A DNA stretch of 64,000 nucleotides. It comes from Cyanobacteria bacterium P01_A01_bin.123. GTDB taxonomy: Bacteria > Cyanobacteriota > Cyanobacteriia > Phormidesmidales > Phormidesmidaceae. The DNA lies in NCBI GenBank assembly GCA_039815185.1, contig JBCBZT010000003.1, positions 160,001 to 224,000 on the forward strand, written 5' to 3'. Below the pieces are notes generated by a model. The model was not told where the DNA came from. It worked only from the letters and a program-made list of their open reading frames with translations, and made no database searches. The position numbers and the translations under genes are program-made. Positions 31,343 to 41,469 of this stretch are shown in pieces; the stretch's first letter is position 1; every line of letters begins with the position of its first letter.

Positions 31343-31522
31343 ATGGACAAAACACTGCTTGGCCTCTTCATCCTAAGCTTGGTTCTGGTATTAGCTTGGG
31401 CAACTCATGCGGTAATGATGCTAACAATCATTATTGGGTTGGCATATTTAGTGATTTGGGGATCTTGGAATTTGTTGCAGGTTTTGAATAATGCCAGCAA
31501 CCCTAGGCGGGTTTTGGATTGA
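31343..31522 (+). CDS. Small two-TM membrane protein
   Basis: GGAG SD-like element before ATG 31343; two hydrophobic helices. Confidence 0.55.
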   Translation: MDKTLLGLFILSLVLVLAWATHAVMMLTIIIGLAYLVIWGSWNLLQVLNNASNPRRVLD

Positions 31523-31531
31523 GCCACTGCG

Positions 31532-32437
31532 CTAGCCAAATTCTTGCAGGCTGAATTTTTGTAGGGCTAGCTTTGCTGCGCCAACGGTTCCAGCTTGGTT
31601 GCCTAATTCTGCTAATAAAACCTGTAGCCCCTCCCGAGAACTAGGGATGACTCGACGTTCAATTTCAGCTAGGGTGGTGGGCAAAAATAACTCGGCTCCG
31701 GCGCTGATGCCGCCCCCCAAGACAACAACTTCTGGGGTCAGCACGTAGATCAAGCTGGTAATCCCTGCCCCTAGATGACGACCGTACTGTTGCCAAAATG
31801 CGATCGCCTCTGAATCGCCAGCTTTAGCTTTGGCGGCCAGTTCTCCAGGTTCGCACCCCGTTTCACGCCGAACTGCTTGTACGGAGCAATGCTGTTCTAA
31901 GGAGCCTTGGTTGCCGCTATTACAGGGTGGCCCATTAGGGTTAAGTGTAATCAGACCCAGTTCTCCCGCGGCGCCCGTGCGCCCGACAAAAAGTTGGCCA
32001 TTGAGAATCACAGCGCCACCGACACCTGTGCCCAGAGTCAACAAAATTAAGTTGTTGTAATGGCGTCCAGCCCCGAGCCACGCTTCCCCTAAGCCGGCAC
32101 AGTTAGCATCATTGGCCAACACCGTTGAGCGCTGGGTTTTAGCTTCTAGCCATTCGGCTAGGGGCACATTATGCCACCCAGTTAAGTTAATGGCGACCCG
32201 GGCAATGCGTCCATTGGCGTCAGCAGGGCCAGGTGTACCAACGCCAATGGCCTGGACTTCATGGTTGGGATCTATAGTTGCGATCGCGTCAATCATGGCT
32301 GCTGTCACGGCTTCAGGGGTAGCGGGTTGGGGGGTAGCAACGTTCAATGATTGCAGGCATTTGCCTGTGGTAGTAAAGCGACCGAGTTTGATTGCGGTTC
32401 CGCCTAAATCAATACCGATGACTTGGGGCTGTGCCAT
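31532..32437 (-). CDS. ROK-family sugar kinase
   Basis: IGIDLGGT, NDANCAGLGE, TLGTGVGG and C.SGN.GSLE motifs. Confidence 0.92.
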   Translation of the reverse strand: MAQPQVIGIDLGGTAIKLGRFTTTGKCLQSLNVATPQPATPEAVTAAMIDAIATIDPNHEVQAIGVGTPGPADANGRIARVAINLTGWHNVPLAEWLEAKTQRSTVLANDANCAGLGEAWLGAGRHYNNLILLTLGTGVGGAVILNGQLFVGRTGAAGELGLITLNPNGPPCNSGNQGSLEQHCSVQAVRRETGCEPGELAAKAKAGDSEAIAFWQQYGRHLGAGITSLIYVLTPEVVVLGGGISAGAELFLPTTLAEIERRVIPSSREGLQVLLAELGNQAGTVGAAKLALQKFSLQEFG

Positions 32438-32695
32438 AGAAATCTGGCCAAAATGCTTGAAAATCTAACCCAAAGATTGTCTCAGATTTTGCCTAGAGAT
32501 GCGATGTGTTCCGCTGCTAGGGGGGATGGCAGGCAATTGTATGACTGCACCTAATATTTGTCTGCTCAACCTGCCCCTCTCAAGATGGTTCGGATATGCC
32601 TGATTGCTCCTAGAGATCTTCCCATCCCGCTATCTCCCTCCTCTCCATTCTTCCCGTAAGATAATTCGAGCAGCACTACAGCAAGGGAGCAACCT

Positions 32696-33673
32696 ATGCA
32701 GCCAAAGTTAATCATCCACGGTGGGGCGGGCAGTTCGCTTAAGGGTGGGCGAGCGGCGGTGCGCCAAGATCTCTATGACATTGTTGAGGCGATATATGCC
32801 AGGTTGATGGCTGGGGCGTCAGCGAAAGCGGCGGTTGTTTATGGCTGTCAATTGCTAGAGGCAAATCCTCGGTTTAATGCAGGCAAGGGATCGGTGTTGC
32901 AATCTGATGGGCAGGTTCGCATGAGTGCGGCGTTGATGGATGGGGTAACCCAGCGGTTTAGTGGGGTGATTAATGTGTCCCGGGTTGAGCATCCGATTGA
33001 ACTGGCAGAATTTTTGCAAGCTGCTGACGATCGGGTGCTGTCGGATCATGGCGCTGCGGATTTGGCGCGGGAGCTGCAGTTACCGATTTACGACCCGCTG
33101 ACAGATTTGCGGATTCAAGAGTGGATTCAGGAAAGGGCTGGTAATTTTCAAAAAGCAATGGCTGGCGTGGTGGCTGAGAATGGGTCACCTGAAGGTGGGT
33201 CGCCTGACAATGGTTTGCCTGAGCGTGACGGTGCCCGTTCTAACGCTCGGCGAGGCACAATTGGCGTGGTTGCCTTAGATCAAACAGGTCAAATTGTTGC
33301 GGGAACCTCAACTGGCGGCAAAGGGCTGGAACGAATTGGCCGGGTGAGCGATTCGGCTATGCCTGCGGGTAACTATGCTATGGCTGAAGCAGGGGTGAGC
33401 TGTACGGGAGTTGGGGAAGATATTATCGATGAATGTTTGGCGGCAAAAATTGTGATTCGTGTGGTGGATGGCGCATCCCTAGGGCAGTCCATGGAAAAGT
33501 CGTTTACTGAGGCGAGCCAGCATCAACGAGATTTGGGCGCGATCGCGATTGATAAAACGGGTGCGATCGCCTGGGGGAAAACCAGCGAAGTGTTGCTCGC
33601 GGCTTACCACGATGGTTACCAAATGGGCGACAGCCTAGATGCTGACGTGGCGCCACAGACAGTCGTAATCTAA
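32696..33673 (+). CDS. Isoaspartyl peptidase/L-asparaginase (Ntn hydrolase)
   Basis: IIHGGAG, FNAG.GS, GTIGVVA (autocleavage Thr), TSTGG and GRVSDS motifs. Confidence 0.92.
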   Translation: MQPKLIIHGGAGSSLKGGRAAVRQDLYDIVEAIYARLMAGASAKAAVVYGCQLLEANPRFNAGKGSVLQSDGQVRMSAALMDGVTQRFSGVINVSRVEHPIELAEFLQAADDRVLSDHGAADLARELQLPIYDPLTDLRIQEWIQERAGNFQKAMAGVVAENGSPEGGSPDNGLPERDGARSNARRGTIGVVALDQTGQIVAGTSTGGKGLERIGRVSDSAMPAGNYAMAEAGVSCTGVGEDIIDECLAAKIVIRVVDGASLGQSMEKSFTEASQHQRDLGAIAIDKTGAIAWGKTSEVLLAAYHDGYQMGDSLDADVAPQTVVI

Positions 33674-33776
33674 ACCCATTCATTTTCGGAAATTTGCTGG
33701 GACTCGTGCCGACTAGCCAGAATCTGAGTACTATTTGACCCAGTGCCGCTCCTTGAATTTTGCAGTTCTACCTGTG

Positions 33777-34673
33777 ATGAAGCGTTTTTTTAGTCCGTTA
33801 GCAAGTTTGTTGGCTTTTCCAGGTTGGGCCTTACTGTCTCTGGCGATGAACGGTGTCTTGTTTGTCACGGTGCTGGTGTTGCTGCGGCAACCCCCCAACA
33901 GTGTCTCGACTTCGACTGGTGCTGGCGCGTTTGCCGCTGATAGAGCGGGGGGAAATGCAACTGAGTCAAAGTCTTCGATGTTGCCTCAGGCCCAAGCTTC
34001 AGCCGCTCAATCTGATTTAGCCAACCTGCAAATTTCGTCACAGTTGGGCGATCGCCATCGGTTGAGCTATCAACAATGGGTGGCACTGCTCCAGCAGGAA
34101 GCCGACGCGATCGCTCAGCAGAAGCCTAAGAATCTTAGCGTATTGCTAGGGGATTCTATCAGCCTGTGGTTTCCCCCAGAACAGTTGCCTGCTGCCCAAA
34201 CCTGGCTAAATCAAGGTATATCTGGGGAAACGACTGCCGGATTGCTCGATCGCCTGAGCCTGCTTGATGATGTCCAGGCCCAGACTATTTTTTTGATGAT
34301 CGGCATCAATGATTTGATTTGGGGCAAACAAGACGCCGATATCATTGCTAACTACCGCCGAATTGTACGCGATTTGAAGGCGACCCACCCCGAGACGACC
34401 CTCGTTGTGCAGTCCATTTTGCCCCATGCGGCTGAACAGGCGACTTGGGAAGGGCGCGATCGCCTCTTAGTCTTGCCCAACCGCCGGATTAGCGCCCTGA
34501 ATGAATCGCTCAAGATCATCGCCTTTGAGGAAGGGGTCGAATACCTTGATCTCTATCTGCTGTTTGCCGATTCCGAAGGGCGTCTGCGATCAGACCTGAC
34601 CACCGATGGTCTCCACCTTAATCTCCAAGGTTATGTGGTTTGGCAAACGGCGATCGCCCTTTATTCCCGATAA
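33777..34673 (+). CDS. SGNH/GDSL hydrolase
   Basis: LGDSI, NQGISG, IGIND and DGLH blocks; N-terminal TM. Confidence 0.9.
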   Translation: MKRFFSPLASLLAFPGWALLSLAMNGVLFVTVLVLLRQPPNSVSTSTGAGAFAADRAGGNATESKSSMLPQAQASAAQSDLANLQISSQLGDRHRLSYQQWVALLQQEADAIAQQKPKNLSVLLGDSISLWFPPEQLPAAQTWLNQGISGETTAGLLDRLSLLDDVQAQTIFLMIGINDLIWGKQDADIIANYRRIVRDLKATHPETTLVVQSILPHAAEQATWEGRDRLLVLPNRRISALNESLKIIAFEEGVEYLDLYLLFADSEGRLRSDLTTDGLHLNLQGYVVWQTAIALYSR

Positions 34674-34767
34674 TGGTTTTCATTAAGACTCAGATCGGTA
34701 GCTGTACCCCCAATCCCGTTATCCTAGGTAACAACTCGCAACTTGTGGGGAACCTACGAGAAAGTTT

Positions 34768-35973
34768 ATGGATACTAAAGCGTTTAAGCGATCGCTACAA
34801 AAGTCAGAGCACTATCACCGCAAGGGATTTGGCCATGAAGTCGCAGTGGCCGAACAGTTGCAAACCGAATATCAAAGTAGTCTGATTCAGAAAATTCGCG
34901 ATCATAACTACAAACTTACCCAAGGCCGCGTGACCATTCGCCTCGCCGAATCCTTTGGCTTTTGCTGGGGCGTAGAGCGGGCCGTGGCTATGGCCTACGA
35001 AGCGCGGCAGCATTTCCCCCAAGAACGCATCTGGATCACCAACGAAATTATTCATAATCCAGAAGTTAATCAAAAGCTCAAAACGATGGCCGTAGGCTTT
35101 ATTGAGGTGATTGACGGAGCCAAAGATTTCTCTGTGGTTGATGCCGGAGACGTTGTGATTTTGCCCGCTTTTGGGGCCAGTGTTCAAGAAATGCAGTTGC
35201 TCAGCGATCGTGGCACCACCATTGTCGATACGACCTGCCCCTGGGTTTCAAAAGTGTGGAACACCGTCGAAAAACATAAAAAGAAAGATTGCACTTCTAT
35301 CATTCACGGTAAATACAAACACGAAGAAACCGTCGCGACCAGTTCCTTTGCAGGTAAATATTTGGTTGTGCTCAATTTGGCCGAAGCTGAATACGTTGCC
35401 GACTACATTCTCAACGGTGGTGAACGCGATGTGTTTATGGCAAAGTTTGCCCAAGCGGCCTCGATCGGGTTTGACCCTGATCGTGACCTCGATCGCGTTG
35501 GTATTGCCAACCAAACCACCATGCTCAAAGGTGAAACCGAAGCCATCGGTAAATTGTTTGAGCACACGATGTTGAAGAAGTACGGCCCCCTCAACCTCAA
35601 CGACCATTTTCAGAGCTTCAATACCATCTGCGATGCTACCCAAGAGCGGCAAGATGCCATGTTTGATCTGGTTGATGAACCCCTTGACTTGATGGTGGTG
35701 ATTGGCGGCTACAACTCCTCCAACACGACCCATCTGCAAGAAATTGCCATTGAACGAGAGATTCCTTCCTATCACATTGACAGCGCTGCTCGCATTGGCC
35801 CTGGTAACCAGATTGAGCATAAACCGCTCCACGGTGATCTGATCGTCACTAGTCCCTGGCTCCCCGATGGTTCTATCACGGTAGGCGTGACCTCTGGTGC
35901 ATCCACCCCCGATCGCGCCGTTGAAGAAACTATCGAAAAGATTTTTGAGCTCAAGGCAGCAGTGCTCGGTTAG
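34768..35973 (+). CDS. ispH: 4-hydroxy-3-methylbut-2-enyl diphosphate reductase
   Basis: [32 protein letters not shown] and SGASTP motifs. Confidence 0.97.
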   Translation: MDTKAFKRSLQKSEHYHRKGFGHEVAVAEQLQTEYQSSLIQKIRDHNYKLTQGRVTIRLAESFGFCWGVERAVAMAYEARQHFPQERIWITNEIIHNPEVNQKLKTMAVGFIEVIDGAKDFSVVDAGDVVILPAFGASVQEMQLLSDRGTTIVDTTCPWVSKVWNTVEKHKKKDCTSIIHGKYKHEETVATSSFAGKYLVVLNLAEAEYVADYILNGGERDVFMAKFAQAASIGFDPDRDLDRVGIANQTTMLKGETEAIGKLFEHTMLKKYGPLNLNDHFQSFNTICDATQERQDAMFDLVDEPLDLMVVIGGYNSSNTTHLQEIAIEREIPSYHIDSAARIGPGNQIEHKPLHGDLIVTSPWLPDGSITVGVTSGASTPDRAVEETIEKIFELKAAVLG

Positions 35974-36935
35974 GTGCTCATCTCGAGCATCCGCTGAATC
36001 GGGCGTAAGGCTCTCGCCCGAATGTCTTCGGGTAGGGTGATTTCTGGACTCCGATGCTCCATCGCGAGGTAGAGTTTCTCTAAAGTGTTTAACCGCATGT
36101 GAGGACATTCATTGCAGGCACAGTTGTTCATCGGTGGGGCAGGGATGAACAACTTATGAGACACTTGCTTTTCCATCTGATGGATAATGCCCGGTTCAGT
36201 CACGACTATAAACTGGTCGCGATCGCTGGTCTGGACATATTTCAGTAATGCCGTTGTTGAGCCAATGTATTGGGCATGGCGCAGCACGGATTCTTCGCAT
36301 TCTGGGTGGGCCACTACTTCAGCATCAGGATATTCCATCTGAAGCTGCACAATTTTTTTCTCTGAGAAGGTTTCGTGAACAATGCAGCTCCCTTGCCAGA
36401 GCACCAAATCCCGTCCGGTTTGGTTGGTCACATAACGGCCTAAGTTGCGGTCAGGGGCAAAAATAATGGGCTGATCCGCAGGAATTTGATTGATGATGTG
36501 CACTGCGTTGGAGCTGGTGCAAATGATATCGCTCATGGCCTTAATCTCAGCGGTGCAGTTGATGTAGGACACCACCCAATGATCAGGGTGATCCGCTTTA
36601 AACTTGGCAAACTCAGCTGGTGGGCAGCTATCGGCCAGGGAGCATCCGGCAGCTAAATCGGGCAGCAGGACTAGCTTGTTAGGGTTGAGGATTTTTGCAG
36701 TCTCCGCCATAAAGTGAACCCCGGCAAAGACAATTACATCGGCATCTGTGCTAGCCGCCTTTTGAGAGAGACCCAGGGAATCGCCAATGTAGTCTGCCAC
36801 ATCTTGAATGTCTGGCTCTTGGTAGTAGTGGGCCAGAACGATTGCATTTAAGTCTTTTTTTAGAGTTGCGATCGCCTCGAACAGATCAACCGCAGCGGTA
36901 TTGGGTGGGGTAGTTTTCAGGGCAGTGGTGAACAC
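35970..36935 (-). CDS. nadA: Quinolinate synthase
   Basis: LAHYYQ, GDSL, GVHFMAE, GCSLA, CIVH, AHPEC and CPHM motifs. Confidence 0.97.
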   Translation of the reverse strand: MFTTALKTTPPNTAAVDLFEAIATLKKDLNAIVLAHYYQEPDIQDVADYIGDSLGLSQKAASTDADVIVFAGVHFMAETAKILNPNKLVLLPDLAAGCSLADSCPPAEFAKFKADHPDHWVVSYINCTAEIKAMSDIICTSSNAVHIINQIPADQPIIFAPDRNLGRYVTNQTGRDLVLWQGSCIVHETFSEKKIVQLQMEYPDAEVVAHPECEESVLRHAQYIGSTTALLKYVQTSDRDQFIVVTEPGIIHQMEKQVSHKLFIPAPPMNNCACNECPHMRLNTLEKLYLAMEHRSPEITLPEDIRARALRPIQRMLEMST

Positions 36936-36983
36936 AGCGTTACCTTTCTTTTTGTGATTAATGACAATATAGTGAGATATTAA

Positions 36984-37004
36984 TTATAGTTGTTTTTACC
37001 AAAA
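36984..37004. promoter_or_regulatory. NrtR operator upstream of nadA
   Basis: 21-bp imperfect palindrome TTATA-GT-TGTTTTT-AC-CAAAA with the GT-N7-AC core, ~50 nt upstream of nadA. Confidence 0.75.
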
Positions 37005-37082
37005 ATTGAATAGGGATAACCGATTGCTTGGGATCGCCTCTGCCGGATATATTACGAGAGGTTACAAATAGAGCCTCCCGTT

Positions 37083-37964
37083 ATGAAAATCCGCCGTCGC
37101 CAACCGAACCCGCCGGTCAATGTCAGCGGGCTTGAGTATCAGGTCAATGTGCCTGATGCTGGCCCCCGTAATATCCTAGAAAAAATTGTGTGGCAAAAGG
37201 AGAAAGAAGTTGCCCAACTCCGGGAACGGTTGTCCTTAGCTGATTTGCAAAAACAGGTGTTGGCAGCGCCGCCGCCTCGAAATTTTTTTGAGGCTTTAAG
37301 ACGAGGGAAAACTCAACCTGCGCTGATTGCGGAGGTTAAGAAGGCCTCTCCTAGTCGAGGGGTAATTCGAGCCGATTTTGATCCAGTGGCGATCGCTCAG
37401 ACCTATGCCAACGCAGGGGCAACTTGTCTGTCAGTGCTCACCGACGAACAATTTTTTCAAGGCAGCTTTGACTATCTGACCCAAGTGCGCCAGACTGTTG
37501 ATTTGCCGCTTCTGTGCAAGGAGTTTTTGATTTATCCTTATCAGATGTACCTGGCTCGGGTGCATGGGGCTGATGCAGTGTTATTGATTGCAGCGATCCT
37601 GTCCGATGAAGACCTGCGCTACTTTGTGCGCATTGCCAAGGCCTTAGGTATGGCGGCCCTCGTAGAAGTGCATACCTTGGCGGAACTTGACCGGGTGCTA
37701 GCAATTGAGGCTGTACAAATAATTGGCATCAACAACCGCAACTTAGAAGATTTCACCACCGATTTAGTGACGACTGAAACTCTAATTGCCCAGCGTCAAG
37801 CTGAGCTTCAAGCTCGCGAGGGGGTGATTGTGAGTGAATCTGGGTTGTTGACCTCGGTTGATGTGCAGCGTGTTGCTGCCGCTGGCGCACAGGCAGTGCT
37901 GATTGGTGAATCCCTAATGCGGCAACCTAACCCGGCAGATGCGATCGCGACCTTGTTTGTCTGA
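37083..37964 (+). CDS. trpC: Indole-3-glycerol phosphate synthase
   Basis: [38 protein letters not shown] and SESG motifs. Confidence 0.97.
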   Translation: MKIRRRQPNPPVNVSGLEYQVNVPDAGPRNILEKIVWQKEKEVAQLRERLSLADLQKQVLAAPPPRNFFEALRRGKTQPALIAEVKKASPSRGVIRADFDPVAIAQTYANAGATCLSVLTDEQFFQGSFDYLTQVRQTVDLPLLCKEFLIYPYQMYLARVHGADAVLLIAAILSDEDLRYFVRIAKALGMAALVEVHTLAELDRVLAIEAVQIIGINNRNLEDFTTDLVTTETLIAQRQAELQAREGVIVSESGLLTSVDVQRVAAAGAQAVLIGESLMRQPNPADAIATLFV

Positions 37965-38049
37965 GGTTCCACCCTCTCCCTAACCCTGTAGATTAGACCT
38001 TTAGATTTGATTGGCCATCACGCTCAACCACCCTTTACACTTAGTACCT

Positions 38050-38310
38050 ATGGATCGCCCCGTTCCACTGCCTTCGCACATCCACTATGAATTATTGTTG
38101 CAGCTGTTGGAGCGCGAAACGATATTCTCTCTTCAGCAAAACTCTTATCAGCAACAACAGGTTCATGAGCTAATTATTACCTTGCGAAAAGCCCTCTCTC
38201 AGCAGCGGCAGTTAGAGGAGAGCTGTCAGAATGCGGCTATCCCTGTAGAGTATTACTGGTCACTAAACAACATGAAGGCTGAGGAAGACACCAATTCTTC
38301 AAAGGGCTAG
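38050..38310 (+). CDS. DUF5340-like small cyanobacterial protein
   Basis: PLPSHIHYELLLQLLE..LIITLRKALSQQ.QLE..C. Confidence 0.75.
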   Translation: MDRPVPLPSHIHYELLLQLLERETIFSLQQNSYQQQQVHELIITLRKALSQQRQLEESCQNAAIPVEYYWSLNNMKAEEDTNSSKG

Positions 38311-38634
38311 GGCTGACTCGTGTGGGGTGCTTTAAAGTTCAAATCTAGGGTTGAGCTGATTGCTGACGCTTGATCTTATTTACATTTACTGACGCTTAAT
38401 CTAAAGCTTGGAACCCGGGGCTATGGGTTTATACTAGGTTTAAGCCAAAAATATTTGGCTTTGGTCTGACGCGACTTGGCCATATTAAAGGGTGCATAGC
38501 CACATTCGATTTGAAAGCCTGAGTGTTTTGCTTAGGTCAAGCTACGCATTCGCATGTGGAAAGAGTTTAGTATCTGAACTGCAAAGTTCGGGCCAAATTT
38601 AAGGTTGCTGGTACAGCAGAATTCTATTTGTTAT

Positions 38635-39000
38635 ATGGCAAAAGCTGCAGCTCAAACAAGCTACGACCCCTATATAGCCAAGCTGATTGAGTTCAGCAAT
38701 AGACGAGCTAAGGAAGATAGCGCGCGATCGCGCCACTCGACTAATCGCAACTTGGTCAGCGCGCAGACAGCACCCATGATGCCTGCGATCACGCTACGTC
38801 CCCTGAATCGCGCTGGCTCGAAAGTTCATGCAGATCCGATCTCACCTTTGAGGACGCAAGACTGGGTTGCCCTGGACGATTTATTCGCCCATGATCAGAT
38901 GACGGTTGCCGAACCAGATATCCTCCAAAATTTAGATAAACTATGCCCCGAACCTTGTTGGGAAGAAGATCCTTACGAGTTTTTGCACGGATATCTCTAA
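38635..39000 (+). CDS. Hypothetical protein
   Basis: ~121-aa ORF ending PEPCWEEDPYEFL; stop abuts the convergent galE. Confidence 0.55.
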   Translation: MAKAAAQTSYDPYIAKLIEFSNRRAKEDSARSRHSTNRNLVSAQTAPMMPAITLRPLNRAGSKVHADPISPLRTQDWVALDDLFAHDQMTVAEPDILQNLDKLCPEPCWEEDPYEFLHGYL

Positions 39001-39002
39001 GG

Positions 39003-40007
39003 CTAATGACTTGGCTGATGGCGGTGGCAATGCCACTGCCAAGCGTGGGCAATGATAGTTTCTAAGTCTGCATATTGGGGTTGCCAACCCAAGATCTGTC
39101 GAGCCTTGTCGCTGCTGCCCACAAGCATAGGTGGATCGCCAACTCTGCGATCGCAGGGAATCGCCTGAATGGTTTTGCCCGTCACTTGCCGAGCGGTTTC
39201 AATCACCTGTTTGACAGAAAAACCGTTACCGTTACCCAGGTTAAAGAACGCCGTTTGCCCTCCCTGTAATAGATACTGAAGCCCCAATACGTGGGCGTCA
39301 GCTAAATCGGCAACGTGAATATAATCACGCACGCAGGTGCCATCAGGGGTGTTATAATCGGTGCCAAAAATTGAAACCGACTCGCGTTTGCCCAATGCAG
39401 CAAACAACACGAGCGGAATCAAATGGGTTTCTGGCGTGTGATCTTCCCCTAGCCGCCCTTGGGGATCTGCCCCAGCAGCATTGAAATAACGGAAATAGAC
39501 TGATTGCAACCCATAGGCACTGCTAAAATCATTCAGCATTTTTTCCACCATGAGTTTGCTCGTGGCGTAAGGGCTGATGGGATTTTGCGGATGATCTTCA
39601 GGAATCGGTACTGTTTTAGGCGGGCCGTAAATGGCACAGGTTGAAGAGAAGACAAAGCGTTTAACGCCAGCGGCAAGCATGGCCTCGAGTAGCGTTAACG
39701 TTCCAACTACATTGTTGGCATAATACTTGGCTGGCGCTTGCACAGACTCGCCCACCGCAATGTAAGCGGCAAAATGCATCACCGCAGCGACGTCATAGTC
39801 TGCAAAGATTTGATCGAGCAAGGGACGATCGGTTGTGTGTCCTTTGATTAACTTCGCTTTGAGCGATCGCTCGACTAAGTCCTGGTGGCCATATTCAAGG
39901 CTGTCTAAAATCACAACCTGATACCCGGCATTCTCGAGCGCTAAGACCGTATGGGAACCAATGTAACCTGCGCCCCCGGTGACTAGGATAGTGGGTTGTT
40001 GTGACAC
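39003..40007 (-). CDS. galE: UDP-glucose 4-epimerase
   Basis: TGGAGYIGSH, HFAA..AVGES, Y...K, RYFNAAGA and DGTCVRDYIHV motifs. Confidence 0.96.
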   Translation of the reverse strand: MSQQPTILVTGGAGYIGSHTVLALENAGYQVVILDSLEYGHQDLVERSLKAKLIKGHTTDRPLLDQIFADYDVAAVMHFAAYIAVGESVQAPAKYYANNVVGTLTLLEAMLAAGVKRFVFSSTCAIYGPPKTVPIPEDHPQNPISPYATSKLMVEKMLNDFSSAYGLQSVYFRYFNAAGADPQGRLGEDHTPETHLIPLVLFAALGKRESVSIFGTDYNTPDGTCVRDYIHVADLADAHVLGLQYLLQGGQTAFFNLGNGNGFSVKQVIETARQVTGKTIQAIPCDRRVGDPPMLVGSSDKARQILGWQPQYADLETIIAHAWQWHCHRHQPSH

Positions 40008-40435
40008 TTGACTCTCTTTAGATTAGTAAGATGAATAACTGCTCAAGACCATGGCAATACTGCGTAGTCTTACACCCTCGGATTTATACGCCTACTCTGT
40101 CACAAGAACACGCGGTTTAACCATAAACATCTTGTAAACCTGGCAAATTTCAACACAGCCGATTTGAACTCTCGAATTTTAATTTAAGCAAAACTGTGCT
40201 GCTGAATGGGGGCAAAGGTTTCCTTGAACGAGCTGAAATCATATTCCCCCGAGCCAGGAGTACCACTATGACCGCCAATCATTTAGTATTGATGCTTGAT
40301 ATCTCACGATTAGGTATAAACCACATCCGATTTGAAAACTTGAGTAGGGGCACAAAGCCATAGGTCTTTACAAGAGAAATAATGGATCTAGATGTGGCCC
40401 AGGTTTAAACCGCACATTTTTCTTAAAATATAGAC

Positions 40436-41068
40436 ATGGAATGGCACGTGACTGATGCCCAAAGTTTAAGAATCATCGATCGCGAAATGGGGGAACATAG
40501 CTTTTCCCCTTCTGAATATGAGATTATTCGCCGGGTAGTCTACACGACTGCTGATTTTGAATACCCGTCCCTGATTCGATTTTCAGAGCAGGCGCTACAA
40601 TCGGGTGCGGCAGCATTGGCTGCGCGGACGACCCTGATTGTAGATGTACCGATGGTGCAGGTGGGCATCACCCCCAGCATTCAAGATACCTTTGCTAACC
40701 CCGTGTACTGCAGCATGGATGCCCTGACTCGGCCTCAAAAGGGTAAAACTCGCGCCTCTTGGGGCATAGAAACCTTGGCTAAACGATACCCCGAGGGCAT
40801 TTTTGTAATTGGTGAATCGCAGACTGCCCTGGAGTCTTTAGTAGAACTGATTGAATCAGAAGAAGTTAGACCTGCTTTGGTCGTGGGCACACCTGCAGGC
40901 TTTCGGGATGTGGATGTGCTAAAAGATCGCCTCCAAGATTGCTTAATTCCCCACATTCGGATCCAAGGGCGCAAGGGGAGTGCGGTTGTCGCTGCTGCCA
41001 TCATCAATGGTTTGGTTGACTTGGCGTGGCAGGCCTATGGTCGTGACATGAAACGGAAATTGGGATAA
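40436..41068 (+). CDS. Precorrin-8X methylmutase (CobH/CbiC) family paralogue
   Basis: S..II..E, TADFEY, DV.MV..GI, VG.P.GF and GRKGS.VVAAAI.N motifs. The conserved His position reads Tyr. Confidence 0.82.
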   Translation: MEWHVTDAQSLRIIDREMGEHSFSPSEYEIIRRVVYTTADFEYPSLIRFSEQALQSGAAALAARTTLIVDVPMVQVGITPSIQDTFANPVYCSMDALTRPQKGKTRASWGIETLAKRYPEGIFVIGESQTALESLVELIESEEVRPALVVGTPAGFRDVDVLKDRLQDCLIPHIRIQGRKGSAVVAAAIINGLVDLAWQAYGRDMKRKLG

Positions 41069-41128
41069 GGCAGATTTCCCGAAGCGAGTCCGGGTAGGCT
41101 AATAGGAAAGCGGTCAGGGAGTTAAGTC

Positions 41129-41407
41129 ATGAACGCAACCGAGGGTGTCTTTTCTAGAGCTAATTATTTACTCCGCAAAAAGACTTATGTGCAGTGGCAC
41201 CAACTGCAACGGAATACTCAAATTCTGCGATCGCAGGTTGGCTTTACCGACACCTCTGCCACTCGTCCCAAAGCCTGTGCAGGCTGCGCCAACTACCATG
41301 GCATCAGCTACGGTACCCATCGCGGCACCCGCATACTGCTAGTCTGTGCAATGCATCCCTACGGCTGGCACTCAGACAAGCCCTGCCCCGACTGGTGTAA
41401 CAGCTAG
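41129..41407 (+). CDS. Small Cys-rich protein (DUF6464-like)
   Basis: CxxC..YHG...LVCAMHP.G....CPDW pattern. Confidence 0.7.
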   Translation: MNATEGVFSRANYLLRKKTYVQWHQLQRNTQILRSQVGFTDTSATRPKACAGCANYHGISYGTHRGTRILLVCAMHPYGWHSDKPCPDWCNS

Positions 41408-41469
41408 CCCCTCTCTCGATGGCGTGGATCAAGGTTTGTGACCCACAGATAAGCTTAGTCAGGATAAAC

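Noticed and set aside
35248..36108. 286-aa minus-strand ORF
   Set aside because: Antisense shadow of ispH, overlapping nadA in another frame; no motifs.
40008..40435. Cobalamin riboswitch upstream of the cobH-like gene
   Set aside because: No B12-box or other conserved riboswitch elements could be found.
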